Positions 39,465 through 47,597 of a stretch of DNA of 64,000 nt are shown here, piece after piece; within the stretch, counting starts at the first letter, position 1; every line of letters starts with the position of its first letter. A program made the position numbers and the translations under genes. Below the pieces are notes generated by a model. It did no database searches and was not told the DNA's origin. It saw nothing but the letters and a program-made list of their open reading frames with translations. The DNA lies in the NCBI GenBank assembly GCA_963748015.1, contig CAVVHE010000004.1, forward strand, positions 160,001 to 224,000, written 5' to 3'. Origin of the DNA: Terriglobia bacterium. Lineage in GTDB: Bacteria > Acidobacteriota > Polarisedimenticolia > Polarisedimenticolales > JAIQFR01.

Positions 39465-40702
39465 TCACCCACGAGGAGGCCGCGCGGCTCAAGGACCAGC
39501 TCCTGGCGGTTCTCGCGGAGGACGCCCAGAACACCGAGAGGCTTCTCGCGAGGCTCGATACCCTGACCCGGGAGACCGGGGTCTCGGCCCACGCCGCGCT
39601 GCTCCTCATCCTGACCCACCTCGCCTTCGAGGACACGCAGGCGAGACGCCATTGGGAGACGGTCCTCGCGCACCGGGAGGCGATGGCCTCCGCGATGGGG
39701 CGGGATCCCGGGCTTCGGGTCGCGCTGCTCGACTACTTCGTGAACGTCAACCGGAGACTCGCGCAACCCGTTCTCATCGACCTCGAGATGTTCGAGGCCG
39801 GTCCGCGGGGCGCCTCGACGGATCCGCTGACCGGTCTCGCCAACGACCGCGTGTTCCGCGGCGCGCTGCAGAACGAGCTGCGCCGAGCCAAGAGGTACGG
39901 GCTCGCGGTTCCGGTGGTTCTCTTCGACCTCGACGACTTCGCGAGGGTCAATCGCGAGTTCGGCGAACTGGTGGGCGATCGCATCCTGCGGGAGATCGGG
40001 ATCCTCCTGCACAACAAGATCCGGGACATCGATCTCGCCGCCCGGCCGGGAGAGGACGAGATGGCGCTGATCCTTCCCGAGACCGACCGGAACGGCGCCT
40101 ACCTGGTCGCCGAGCGCTTCCGGTGGGAGGTCGAATCCCACTACTCGCGCCGGGAAGCCGGGGGGCGCCCCCTGGGGCTCACGATCTCCGCCGGGGTGGC
40201 GTGCTACCCCGACGACGCGGCCGCGCCCGACGAGCTGCTCAACCGGGCGGCCCAGGCGCTCTACCGGGCCAAGGCCGAGGGGAAGAACGCGGTCCAGTCC
40301 TACCAGCCCGAGCGCCGCCGATTCCTGAGGTTCGACCTCGATCCGGAGCGGATCGAGGTCGAGGTGCTCGCGCCGAGGGATCTCGGCCGGGCCGTGGCCC
40401 GGAACCTCGGCCGCAGCGGCATCGTCTTCGCCAGCCCCGAGCCGCTCGAGGTAGGCGAGGAGATCGAGATCCGGCTGACCGGCCCGCGGACGGCGGGCGG
40501 CGCCGGCCCGGTCCGCATGCGGGGCCGCGTCGTGCGCCTCGAGGAGATACCCGAGGCGGCGGGAATCGAGAGCGACGACCCGGCGGCCGCCGAGCGGTTC
40601 GAGATCGGGGTGGCGTTCGACGCGGACCGGACGGGGACCGAGCAGGACCTGTCGGCGTTTCTCGAGAGGGCGCAAGCCGAGCGAGTCGCGAGACGTCCGT
40701 GA
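39461..40702 (+). CDS. Degenerate GGDEF (GEDEM) - PilZ protein
   Basis: Paralogue of the upstream gene; DLDDFARVNREFGE, RDID I-site, RPGEDEM; PilZ RRRFLR...NLGRSG; GTGA overlap. Confidence 0.88.
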   Translation: MITHEEAARLKDQLLAVLAEDAQNTERLLARLDTLTRETGVSAHAALLLILTHLAFEDTQARRHWETVLAHREAMASAMGRDPGLRVALLDYFVNVNRRLAQPVLIDLEMFEAGPRGASTDPLTGLANDRVFRGALQNELRRAKRYGLAVPVVLFDLDDFARVNREFGELVGDRILREIGILLHNKIRDIDLAARPGEDEMALILPETDRNGAYLVAERFRWEVESHYSRREAGGRPLGLTISAGVACYPDDAAAPDELLNRAAQALYRAKAEGKNAVQSYQPERRRFLRFDLDPERIEVEVLAPRDLGRAVARNLGRSGIVFASPEPLEVGEEIEIRLTGPRTAGGAGPVRMRGRVVRLEEIPEAAGIESDDPAAAERFEIGVAFDADRTGTEQDLSAFLERAQAERVARRP

Positions 40703-41382
40703 GCCGGATCGTCGCGGTGGACACCTCGTGCTGGTGGGGTGGGGTGGCCCTGCTCGAGGACACGCCCGCCGGCGCGTCGCGGTTGGTCGCGGAGGCCGGC
40801 CTCCTCGTGAGCGACTCTCACGCCGCGCACACCCTCGCGCTCCTGGGTGCGCTGCTGGCCGAGGCCGGCTGGGCCCGTTCGGATGTGGACGCCTACGCCG
40901 CGACGCGGGGGCCCGGGTCGTTCACCGGGATTCGCGTCGGTCTCGGCAGCGTCCGCGGTCTCGGGCTGGCGTCGTCGCGTCCTTGCATCGGCATCGCCAC
41001 GCTCGAGGCGATGGCCGAGGCCTTCGGCCCGGCTGCCGCGGAAAGGGTGCCCCTCATCTCCGCCGGGCGCGGAGAGGTCTTCGGCGCGAGGTACGACGCC
41101 GCGTCCTCTCCTCCCGGCGAGATCGTCGGACCGTGGCTCGGCCCGCCGGAGCGTGCGCTGGCGGGAGGCGAAGGGGAGCCGGTCCTCTTCGGTCCCGGTG
41201 CCGAGGACGCGGCCGCGGCGCTTCGCGCGGCCGGCTGGAGCGGCCGCTCCGGCCGAACGCCGACGTCGGTCGCGGCCGCCGCGGGCCGTCTGGCTCTGCT
41301 CCGCCTGCGAGCGGGAGCGCTCGACGGGGAGGGGCTCTCGCCGCTCTACCTGCGCCCGCCGGATGCGGAGCTCTTGGCGTGA
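40699..41382 (+). CDS. tsaB: tRNA t6A biosynthesis protein TsaB
   Basis: IVAVDTS, GPGSFTGIRVG, PLYLR motifs; adjacent to rimI. Confidence 0.93.
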   Translation: MSRIVAVDTSCWWGGVALLEDTPAGASRLVAEAGLLVSDSHAAHTLALLGALLAEAGWARSDVDAYAATRGPGSFTGIRVGLGSVRGLGLASSRPCIGIATLEAMAEAFGPAAAERVPLISAGRGEVFGARYDAASSPPGEIVGPWLGPPERALAGGEGEPVLFGPGAEDAAAALRAAGWSGRSGRTPTSVAAAAGRLALLRLRAGALDGEGLSPLYLRPPDAELLA

Positions 41383-41852
41383 CGAGAGCGACGGGGAGCC
41401 GGCGCCGCGCGGGTCCCGAGGTTTCGCCGATGCTCCCGTCGGACCTCGACGAGGTGCTCGCGATCGAGGAGGCCTCGTTCGCCATTCCGTGGAGCCGCGA
41501 GAGCTTCCTCTTCGAATTGCAGGCGAACCCGTACGCGCGGAGCTTCGTGATGCGGCGGGGCGCGAAGATCGTGGGGTTCACCTGCCTGTGGATCGTGTAC
41601 GACGAGCTGAAGATCAACAACATCGCCGTGGCCGCCGGCGAGCGTCGGAACGGGTACGGGAAGATCCTGCTGCGCTTTGTCCTCGACTTCGGGCGCTCCG
41701 AGGGTTGCACCGAGGCCACCCTCGAGGTCCGGCCGTCGAACTTCGCGGCGCGGGCCCTCTACGCGGCCCACGGATTTCGCGAGATCGGCCTGCGGAAGGG
41801 GTACTACCGGGACACCCACGAAGACGCCATACTGATGGCGGCGGAGCTCTAG
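41379..41852 (+). CDS. rimI: Ribosomal protein S18 alanine N-acetyltransferase
   Basis: PWS, NIAV...RRNGYG, LEVRPSN, RKGYY...EDAILM motifs. Confidence 0.93.
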   Translation: MTRATGSRRRAGPEVSPMLPSDLDEVLAIEEASFAIPWSRESFLFELQANPYARSFVMRRGAKIVGFTCLWIVYDELKINNIAVAAGERRNGYGKILLRFVLDFGRSEGCTEATLEVRPSNFAARALYAAHGFREIGLRKGYYRDTHEDAILMAAEL

Positions 41853-41930
41853 GAGACTGTCCGGGTAATCCCGCGGACTCGACCATTCGGGTGACGTGAC
41901 GGCGACGCCGGGCGACCGGCCGGAGGTTCG

Positions 41931-42161
41931 ATGGACCAGATCGACGCGATCCGGGAGAAGCTGGCCAGGGAGGACGAGGACTATCGCCGGCTGCTGGCGA
42001 AGCACCACGAGTACGACGCGCGCCTCGAGGAGCTGCGAGGCCGGCGGTTCCTCACCGAGGAGGAGCAGGTCGAAGAGGTCCGCCTCAAGAAGCTCAAGCT
42101 GGCGATGAAGGACCAGATGGAATCCATGGTCCGGGAGCGCCGCAAGGAATCGGGGGCATGA
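41931..42161 (+). CDS. DUF465 / YdcH family small protein
   Basis: HHEYD...LKKLKLAMKDQM pattern; GGAGG RBS. Confidence 0.85.
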   Translation: MDQIDAIREKLAREDEDYRRLLAKHHEYDARLEELRGRRFLTEEEQVEEVRLKKLKLAMKDQMESMVRERRKESGA

Positions 42162-42751
42162 AGGTCGATCGGGAGGCGCTCCCGTTCGCGGGAGCGTTCG
42201 CCATCCTCGCGGCGATCGCGGCGCTTCTCGCCCCGTGGGCGGCGTTGGTGCCGGTCCTGCTGCTCGCGTTCACGCTCTGGTTCTTCCGGGACCCCGAGCG
42301 CCGCCCGCCCGGAGACCCCCGGGCGATCCTGAGCCCGGCCGACGGCAGGATCATCGTGGCCGGACCGCGCCGGGTTTCCGTGTTCATGAACGTCTTCAAC
42401 GTGCACGTCTGCCGGACGCCGGTCGCGGGGACGGTCGTCTCGGTGCGGCACGTCCCGGGCCGGTTCGTCGCGGCGTTCGCGGACGCCGCCTCGGAGCACA
42501 ACGAGCGCACGGCGATCGAGGTCGACCCGGGCGGGAGCCCGCCGGTCCGTTTCACCCTCGTCGCCGGCCTGATCGCCCGCCGAATCGTCTGCCGGGTGGA
42601 GCCTGGGAAAGTCCTCGCGGCGGGGGAGCGGATCGGGCTGATCCGCTTCGGATCGCGCGTGGACGTGGATCTTCCCGAGGGCTCGACGGCGGCCGTCGAG
42701 ATCGGAGGCCGCGTGGTTTCCGGCGAGACGGTGATCGCCCGCCGCGGCTGA
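42158..42751 (+). CDS. psd: Phosphatidylserine decarboxylase (short type)
   Basis: FFRDPER, SPADG, FMNVFNVH, AGLIARRI, FGSRVD autocleavage site. Confidence 0.95.
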   Translation: MKVDREALPFAGAFAILAAIAALLAPWAALVPVLLLAFTLWFFRDPERRPPGDPRAILSPADGRIIVAGPRRVSVFMNVFNVHVCRTPVAGTVVSVRHVPGRFVAAFADAASEHNERTAIEVDPGGSPPVRFTLVAGLIARRIVCRVEPGKVLAAGERIGLIRFGSRVDVDLPEGSTAAVEIGGRVVSGETVIARRG

Positions 42752-42824
42752 TCCGGAACCGGTCGCCGCGCCCCGTTTCCTGTATAGTTTCCCCGGGAGC
42801 TCGAGGAGGTCCGATGGGAAGGCC

Positions 42825-43601
42825 ATGCGCGAAGACCGACGGCTGAGGCGGGGGATCTACCTGCTGCCGACCTGCTTCACCGTCGGCAATCTCTTCTGCG
42901 GGTTCTTCAGCCTCGTGGAGGCGTCGCGAGGCCGCTACGAGATCGCGGCGATCCTCATCATCGTCGCGGGGATCCTCGACGGGCTCGACGGTCGGATCGC
43001 CCGCTTGACCGGTACGACGTCCGAGTTCGGGCTGCAATTCGACTCGATGGCGGACGTGGTCTCGTTCGGCGTCGCCCCGGCTTTCCTGTCGTACCGGTGG
43101 GCGCTCGCGCCGTTCGATCGCATCGGCTGGCTGATCGCGTTTCTCTACGTGATCTGCGCGGCGACACGCCTCGCGCGCTTCAACATCCAGCACGCCGTCG
43201 CCGACAAGAAGCACTTCGTAGGGCTGCCCTCGCCCCCGGCGGCGGGGGTGCTTGCATCCGTGGCGTTCGCGTTCCCCGGCCCTCCCCCGAATCGCACGGT
43301 GGCCGCCGCGCTGGCGGTGCTCACCGCGGGGCTCGCGCTCCTGATGGTGAGCCGGCTCCGCTACCGCTCGTTCAAGGACTTCGACCTCCGGAACCGGAGG
43401 TCCTACGTGGCCGTCCTCCCGATCGCCGCGGGGCTCGTCGCCATCCTCACCCACCCGAAAGGGGCGATGCTGACCATCGCGATCGTGTACCTGCTCTCCG
43501 GGCCCTCCGCGTACCTCTGGGGGCTGGTCCAGAGGCTCCAGGGGCAGCCGCCGGCCCGGACTCCCGACCCGGCGGGCGCCGCGAGGCCGAAGGATGCCTA
43601 G
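42825..43601 (+). CDS. pssA: CDP-diacylglycerol--serine O-phosphatidyltransferase
   Basis: DGLDGRIAR...FG.QFDSMADVVSFGVAP, RLARFN, GLPSP motifs. Confidence 0.95.
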   Translation: MREDRRLRRGIYLLPTCFTVGNLFCGFFSLVEASRGRYEIAAILIIVAGILDGLDGRIARLTGTTSEFGLQFDSMADVVSFGVAPAFLSYRWALAPFDRIGWLIAFLYVICAATRLARFNIQHAVADKKHFVGLPSPPAAGVLASVAFAFPGPPPNRTVAAALAVLTAGLALLMVSRLRYRSFKDFDLRNRRSYVAVLPIAAGLVAILTHPKGAMLTIAIVYLLSGPSAYLWGLVQRLQGQPPARTPDPAGAARPKDA

Positions 43602-44604
43602 GCCGGGGAGCGCCGCCCCGGCGGCAGGCGCCACGCGCGTCGCCGTGGTCGGCGCCGCCACCGCCGCCGGCGCCAAGCTGCGCGAGGCGCTCGCCCGGAG
43701 GGGCATTCCCGGAGGCCGCGTTCATCTCTACGGCACGGAGAGGGGAGAGGCGGTCCTCGGCGAGTACGACGGCGAGGCCCGCCTGATCCAGGAGCCCGAC
43801 CTCGACGAGATCGCGGGCCAGGACGTGGTCTTTCTCTGCGAGGTCTCCGAGGTCGCGGACCGACTCCTGAGTCCCGCCGGCCGGAAGGCGACCGTGATCG
43901 ACCTGACCGGCAGGAGCCCCGCCGGGGCGCGGGCCCGACTCGTCCACGGGGTCCTTGCTCCCGGAACGGCCGAGGATCGCGGCGGCGTCCTCGCGACCCC
44001 GCACCCGATCGCCGCGATTCTCGCGGAGGTCCTCCATCCCGTCGAACGCTCGATCGGGATCTCCGAGGTCGTGGCCGTGGTGGTGCGCCCCGCCGCGGAC
44101 TTCGGCGAGCCCGGGGTCGAAGAGCTCCGCGAGCAGACCGTGCGCCTCCTTCGCTTCGAGAAGGCGCCCCGGGAGATCTTCGGCCGGCAGCTCGCCTTCA
44201 ATGTCATCCCGCAGAGGCTCCTCGCGGGGGCCGAGGAGGGACTCGAGCGCCGGATCGCTCGGGAGGTGGCCGAGCTGCTCGGCTGGGCGGAAGACCGCCT
44301 CGCGATCCGCCTCGTGGCGGCGCCGGTCTTCACGGGGCACGCGCTGAGCCTGCGCCTCAAGCTCGCGCGCGACGCGGGGGCCGAAGCCCTCGCCGAGGCG
44401 ATCGGCGCCGGCCGGAAGGCGAATCGGCCGGGACGCGGGACGGCCGAGACGCCGCTCGCCGCGCCCGAGGAGCGGCGCACCGACGTCAGCGAGGTCGTCG
44501 AGGACGGCATCGGCGGATTCTGGGTCTGGGCGATCGCGGGAGAGGCGGGGGGGGCGGCCGCGGAGCAGGCGGTGCTCGCGGCGGAGGCGGTGGTCGGATG
44601 GTGA
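43594..44604 (+). CDS. Aspartate-semialdehyde dehydrogenase-like (Usg-like) protein, degenerate
   Basis: VAVVGA, ELREQT, QLAFNVIP, PVFTGH motifs; lacks the NPNC catalytic Cys. Confidence 0.8.
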   Translation: MPRPGSAAPAAGATRVAVVGAATAAGAKLREALARRGIPGGRVHLYGTERGEAVLGEYDGEARLIQEPDLDEIAGQDVVFLCEVSEVADRLLSPAGRKATVIDLTGRSPAGARARLVHGVLAPGTAEDRGGVLATPHPIAAILAEVLHPVERSIGISEVVAVVVRPAADFGEPGVEELREQTVRLLRFEKAPREIFGRQLAFNVIPQRLLAGAEEGLERRIAREVAELLGWAEDRLAIRLVAAPVFTGHALSLRLKLARDAGAEALAEAIGAGRKANRPGRGTAETPLAAPEERRTDVSEVVEDGIGGFWVWAIAGEAGGAAAEQAVLAAEAVVGW

Positions 44605-44621
44605 GAGCGGCAGGAGGCACG

Positions 44622-45377
44622 ATGAAGACGCATCCCGGTTCCGCGCCCGTCGCAGTCGCCGGAGCGGTCGCCGCACTCCTCCTCCTCGTGTCGTTTCCGA
44701 GCCTCGCGGCGGCCCCCGGCGCGGCCGAGGCGGTTTCCGCGACGGTCGAGGTGGAGCGGACCCTCTTGAAGGAGGATCTCGCGCGCTACGAGAAGGTCAT
44801 GGGGGATCGCGCGCTGGCGCTGACGCGTCTCACCGAGCTGTACGCGGCTCTCGACGCGGCGGTCCACCGCGACGACGACGGCGCGCCGGCCGTGATCGAG
44901 GACCTCGAGGGCCGCATCGAGCAGGCGGAGCTCGAGCGATCCGGGCTCCTCGCCGCCGAGCGAGCGCTGGTCGAGCGGATCCGCGAGCGGATGCATCGCG
45001 TCGATCTCCTCGAGGGCCAGCTCGCGACGCTCCAGGCCAAGGCGACGGAAGCCGCCGGGCCCCTCGCCGGGCGCTGGGAAGTCGTCATCCTTCCGGCGAA
45101 CCAGCGCGGGACGTTCGTCCTCGCCCAGAACGGCACGCTCGTCGGTGGCACGTACACCCTCGAGGGGGGCTGGAGCGGGAGCCTCCAGGGGACGCTGGTC
45201 AACCGGAAGGTGTTTCTCGAGAGGATCGATTCGAGGCTGGGGCGCTCCGGCGAGTTCGAAGGGTACCTGAGCGCCGACGGGACGCAGATTCGCGGCACGT
45301 GGCTTCGCTACGACCTCTCCGGAGAGGGCATGGCCAACGGCCAGTTCACCGCCTCCCGCAGGCGCGAAACGCCCTGA
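44622..45377 (+). CDS. Exported hypothetical protein (coiled coil plus beta domain)
   Basis: AGGAGG RBS, signal peptide, heptad region, C-terminal beta-strand domain. Confidence 0.72.
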   Translation: MKTHPGSAPVAVAGAVAALLLLVSFPSLAAAPGAAEAVSATVEVERTLLKEDLARYEKVMGDRALALTRLTELYAALDAAVHRDDDGAPAVIEDLEGRIEQAELERSGLLAAERALVERIRERMHRVDLLEGQLATLQAKATEAAGPLAGRWEVVILPANQRGTFVLAQNGTLVGGTYTLEGGWSGSLQGTLVNRKVFLERIDSRLGRSGEFEGYLSADGTQIRGTWLRYDLSGEGMANGQFTASRRRETP

Positions 45378-45384
45378 GGGGATC

Positions 45385-46626
45385 TTGCGTCTCCCGTACG
45401 AGCCGTACCTCGCGCTGCGCTACCTGAGGTTCCACAGGGGGCGGACCTTTCTGTCGGTCATCACCCTGATCTCGGTGGCGGGCGTGACCGTGGGGACCGC
45501 GGCCCTCGTCATCGCGCTGGCCCTGATGACGGGCTTCCAGCAGGACATACGGCAGCGGATCCAGAGCGGCAGCGCGCATCTCACGGTGCTGAGCCCCGGC
45601 GAGCCGGAGTTCGAGGGGGCCGAGGCGCTCGGCGAGCGAGTGCGCCGGGTCGAGGGGGTGAGGGAAGCCTCGCCGGTGCTGCTGTCCCACGCGATGCTGG
45701 TGAACGAGGAGATCGCGGCTCCGGCCTACGTCGAGCTGGAGGGGATCGACCCCGCGCGCCACGGGCGCGTGATCGCGGACGGTGACCTCGACCCTCTCGC
45801 GCCGCTCGCCGCGGGCGGATCGGGGGGGCGTGAGGGGATCGTCCTGGGCGAGGAGCTCGCGGCCAAGCTCGGGGTGCGGAAGGGCGATCGGGTGCGCGTG
45901 CTCGTCCCCAAGGTCACGCTCACGCCGTTCACGCCGATCCCGCGCAGCCGGTTGCTCTCGGTCCTGGGCACCTTCCACTCCGAGGCTTTTCCGATGAGCG
46001 CCGAGCGGGCCTACGTGAGCCTCGACACGGCGCGCCGCCTGCTGGACGCGCCGGGACGCTCGTCGTGGCTCGAGATCCGGCTCCTAGACCTCCGCCAGCT
46101 CGGCCGGGTCAAGGGCGCGCTGAGGCGCGCGCTCGGGTCGTCCTACCTCGTCGTGGACCTGATGGAGCTCGAGCAGAACCGCGATCTGCTCAAGGCCCTG
46201 AACACCGAGAAGTTCATCCTCTTCCTGGCGATCGCCCTCATCGTCGTGGTCGCGTCCCTGAACATCGTCTCCACCCTGATCCTGATGGTGAACGACAAGA
46301 TCAAGGAGATCGGGACGCTCTCCTCGATGGGAGCGAGGCCCCGCGGGATCGCGATGGTCTTCGTCCTGCAGGGGTTCGTCATCGGCGTCGTGGGCGCCGT
46401 CCTGGGCATCGCCGCCGGCACCGCGATCTCCTGGTGGCTCGATACCTTCCAGGTGATCAAGCTCAACCCCGAGGTCTACTACATCACCCACGTGCCGTTC
46501 ACCCTGCGCGCCGCGGACTCCGGGTTCGTCGCGGCGCTGACGCTCGGGGTGTCGCTGCTCGCGACGATCTACCCGGCCTTCAAGGCGGCGACGCTCGACC
46601 CGGTCGAGGCGATCCGCAATGAGTGA
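45385..46626 (+). CDS. lolE: Lipoprotein-releasing ABC transporter permease LolC/E
   Basis: LRYLR...ISVAGVTVG..AL, NIVSTLILMV.DK.KEIG.L, YPA..AA.LDPVEAIR. Confidence 0.92.
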   Translation: MRLPYEPYLALRYLRFHRGRTFLSVITLISVAGVTVGTAALVIALALMTGFQQDIRQRIQSGSAHLTVLSPGEPEFEGAEALGERVRRVEGVREASPVLLSHAMLVNEEIAAPAYVELEGIDPARHGRVIADGDLDPLAPLAAGGSGGREGIVLGEELAAKLGVRKGDRVRVLVPKVTLTPFTPIPRSRLLSVLGTFHSEAFPMSAERAYVSLDTARRLLDAPGRSSWLEIRLLDLRQLGRVKGALRRALGSSYLVVDLMELEQNRDLLKALNTEKFILFLAIALIVVVASLNIVSTLILMVNDKIKEIGTLSSMGARPRGIAMVFVLQGFVIGVVGAVLGIAAGTAISWWLDTFQVIKLNPEVYYITHVPFTLRAADSGFVAALTLGVSLLATIYPAFKAATLDPVEAIRNE

Positions 46627-47335
46627 GCCGCTCCTCGCCGCCGCCGGCCTCGAGAAGAGCTACCCGAGCGGCGAGCGGCGCATCGACGTGCTCAAAGGGC
46701 TCACCCTCGAGGTCGCCCCCGGCGAGGCGGTGGCGGTCGTCGGCGACTCGGGGGTCGGCAAGTCGACGCTCCTCCACATTCTCGGCGGGCTCGACCGGCC
46801 GGACGCCGGCTCGTTGCGGTTCCGCGGCGGCGCCGTGTCCTTCGACGACGGCCCCGCGATCGCCGAGTTCCGGAACCGCCGGGTCGGCTTCGTGTTCCAG
46901 ATGCACTACCTCCTGCCGGAGTTCAGCGCGCTCGAGAACGTGCTGATGCCGTTCCGCATCGGGCGCCGTTTCGAGGGGGCCGAGGACGCCGCGATTTCGG
47001 TCCTCTCCCGCCTCGGCCTCGAAGAGAGGCTCCACCACCATCCCGGGGCTCTCTCCGGCGGCGAGCAGCAGCGGGTCGCGATCGCGAGGGCCGTGGCACC
47101 CGGGCCGGCGCTCGTCCTCGCCGACGAGCCCACCGGGAATCTCGACCCCGCCACCGGGAACGCCGTGTTCTCGCTGCTCCGCGAGCTGCAGTCCGAGCGC
47201 GGCTTCTCTCTCGTCGTCGCCACGCACAGCGCCCGCCTCGCGAGCGGCTGCAACCGCATCCTGCGCCTCGTCGACGGCCTCCTGCGCCCGCTCGGCGAAT
47301 CGGAAACGGCCGACTACTTCGCCGGCACCCGGTAG
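46619..47335 (+). CDS. lolD: Lipoprotein-releasing ABC transporter ATPase
   Basis: [44 protein letters not shown]. Confidence 0.93.
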   Translation: MSEPLLAAAGLEKSYPSGERRIDVLKGLTLEVAPGEAVAVVGDSGVGKSTLLHILGGLDRPDAGSLRFRGGAVSFDDGPAIAEFRNRRVGFVFQMHYLLPEFSALENVLMPFRIGRRFEGAEDAAISVLSRLGLEERLHHHPGALSGGEQQRVAIARAVAPGPALVLADEPTGNLDPATGNAVFSLLRELQSERGFSLVVATHSARLASGCNRILRLVDGLLRPLGESETADYFAGTR

Positions 47336-47346
47336 CGATTCCTAGA

Positions 47347-47505
47347 GGCCGTTCGTGCCGGGTCTCGACCCTCCGCGGCCCTCTCTTCGCGCGGCCGCTT
47401 CTTCCTCGAGCGGCCGCGCGAAGAGCGGAGCAAGGCGGCGCGGCGACTCCTCGCCGCGCAACGCCGCGGCGTGCCGCCGAGGGTCGAGACCCGGCACGAA
47501 CGGCC
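47347..47505 (+). repeat. Structured three-way-junction intergenic repeat, copy 2
   Basis: 27-bp perfect inverted arms (47347-47373 / 47479-47505); core matches 4803-4904. Confidence 0.9.
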
Positions 47506-47597
47506 GCTGCCGGAATCAACCTGCCTGCCCGGGCGGTGCGAATTCGCTATGCTATAGTCTCGTCGAGGGGCAACACGGCGACGGGAGCCCGCGCGTC

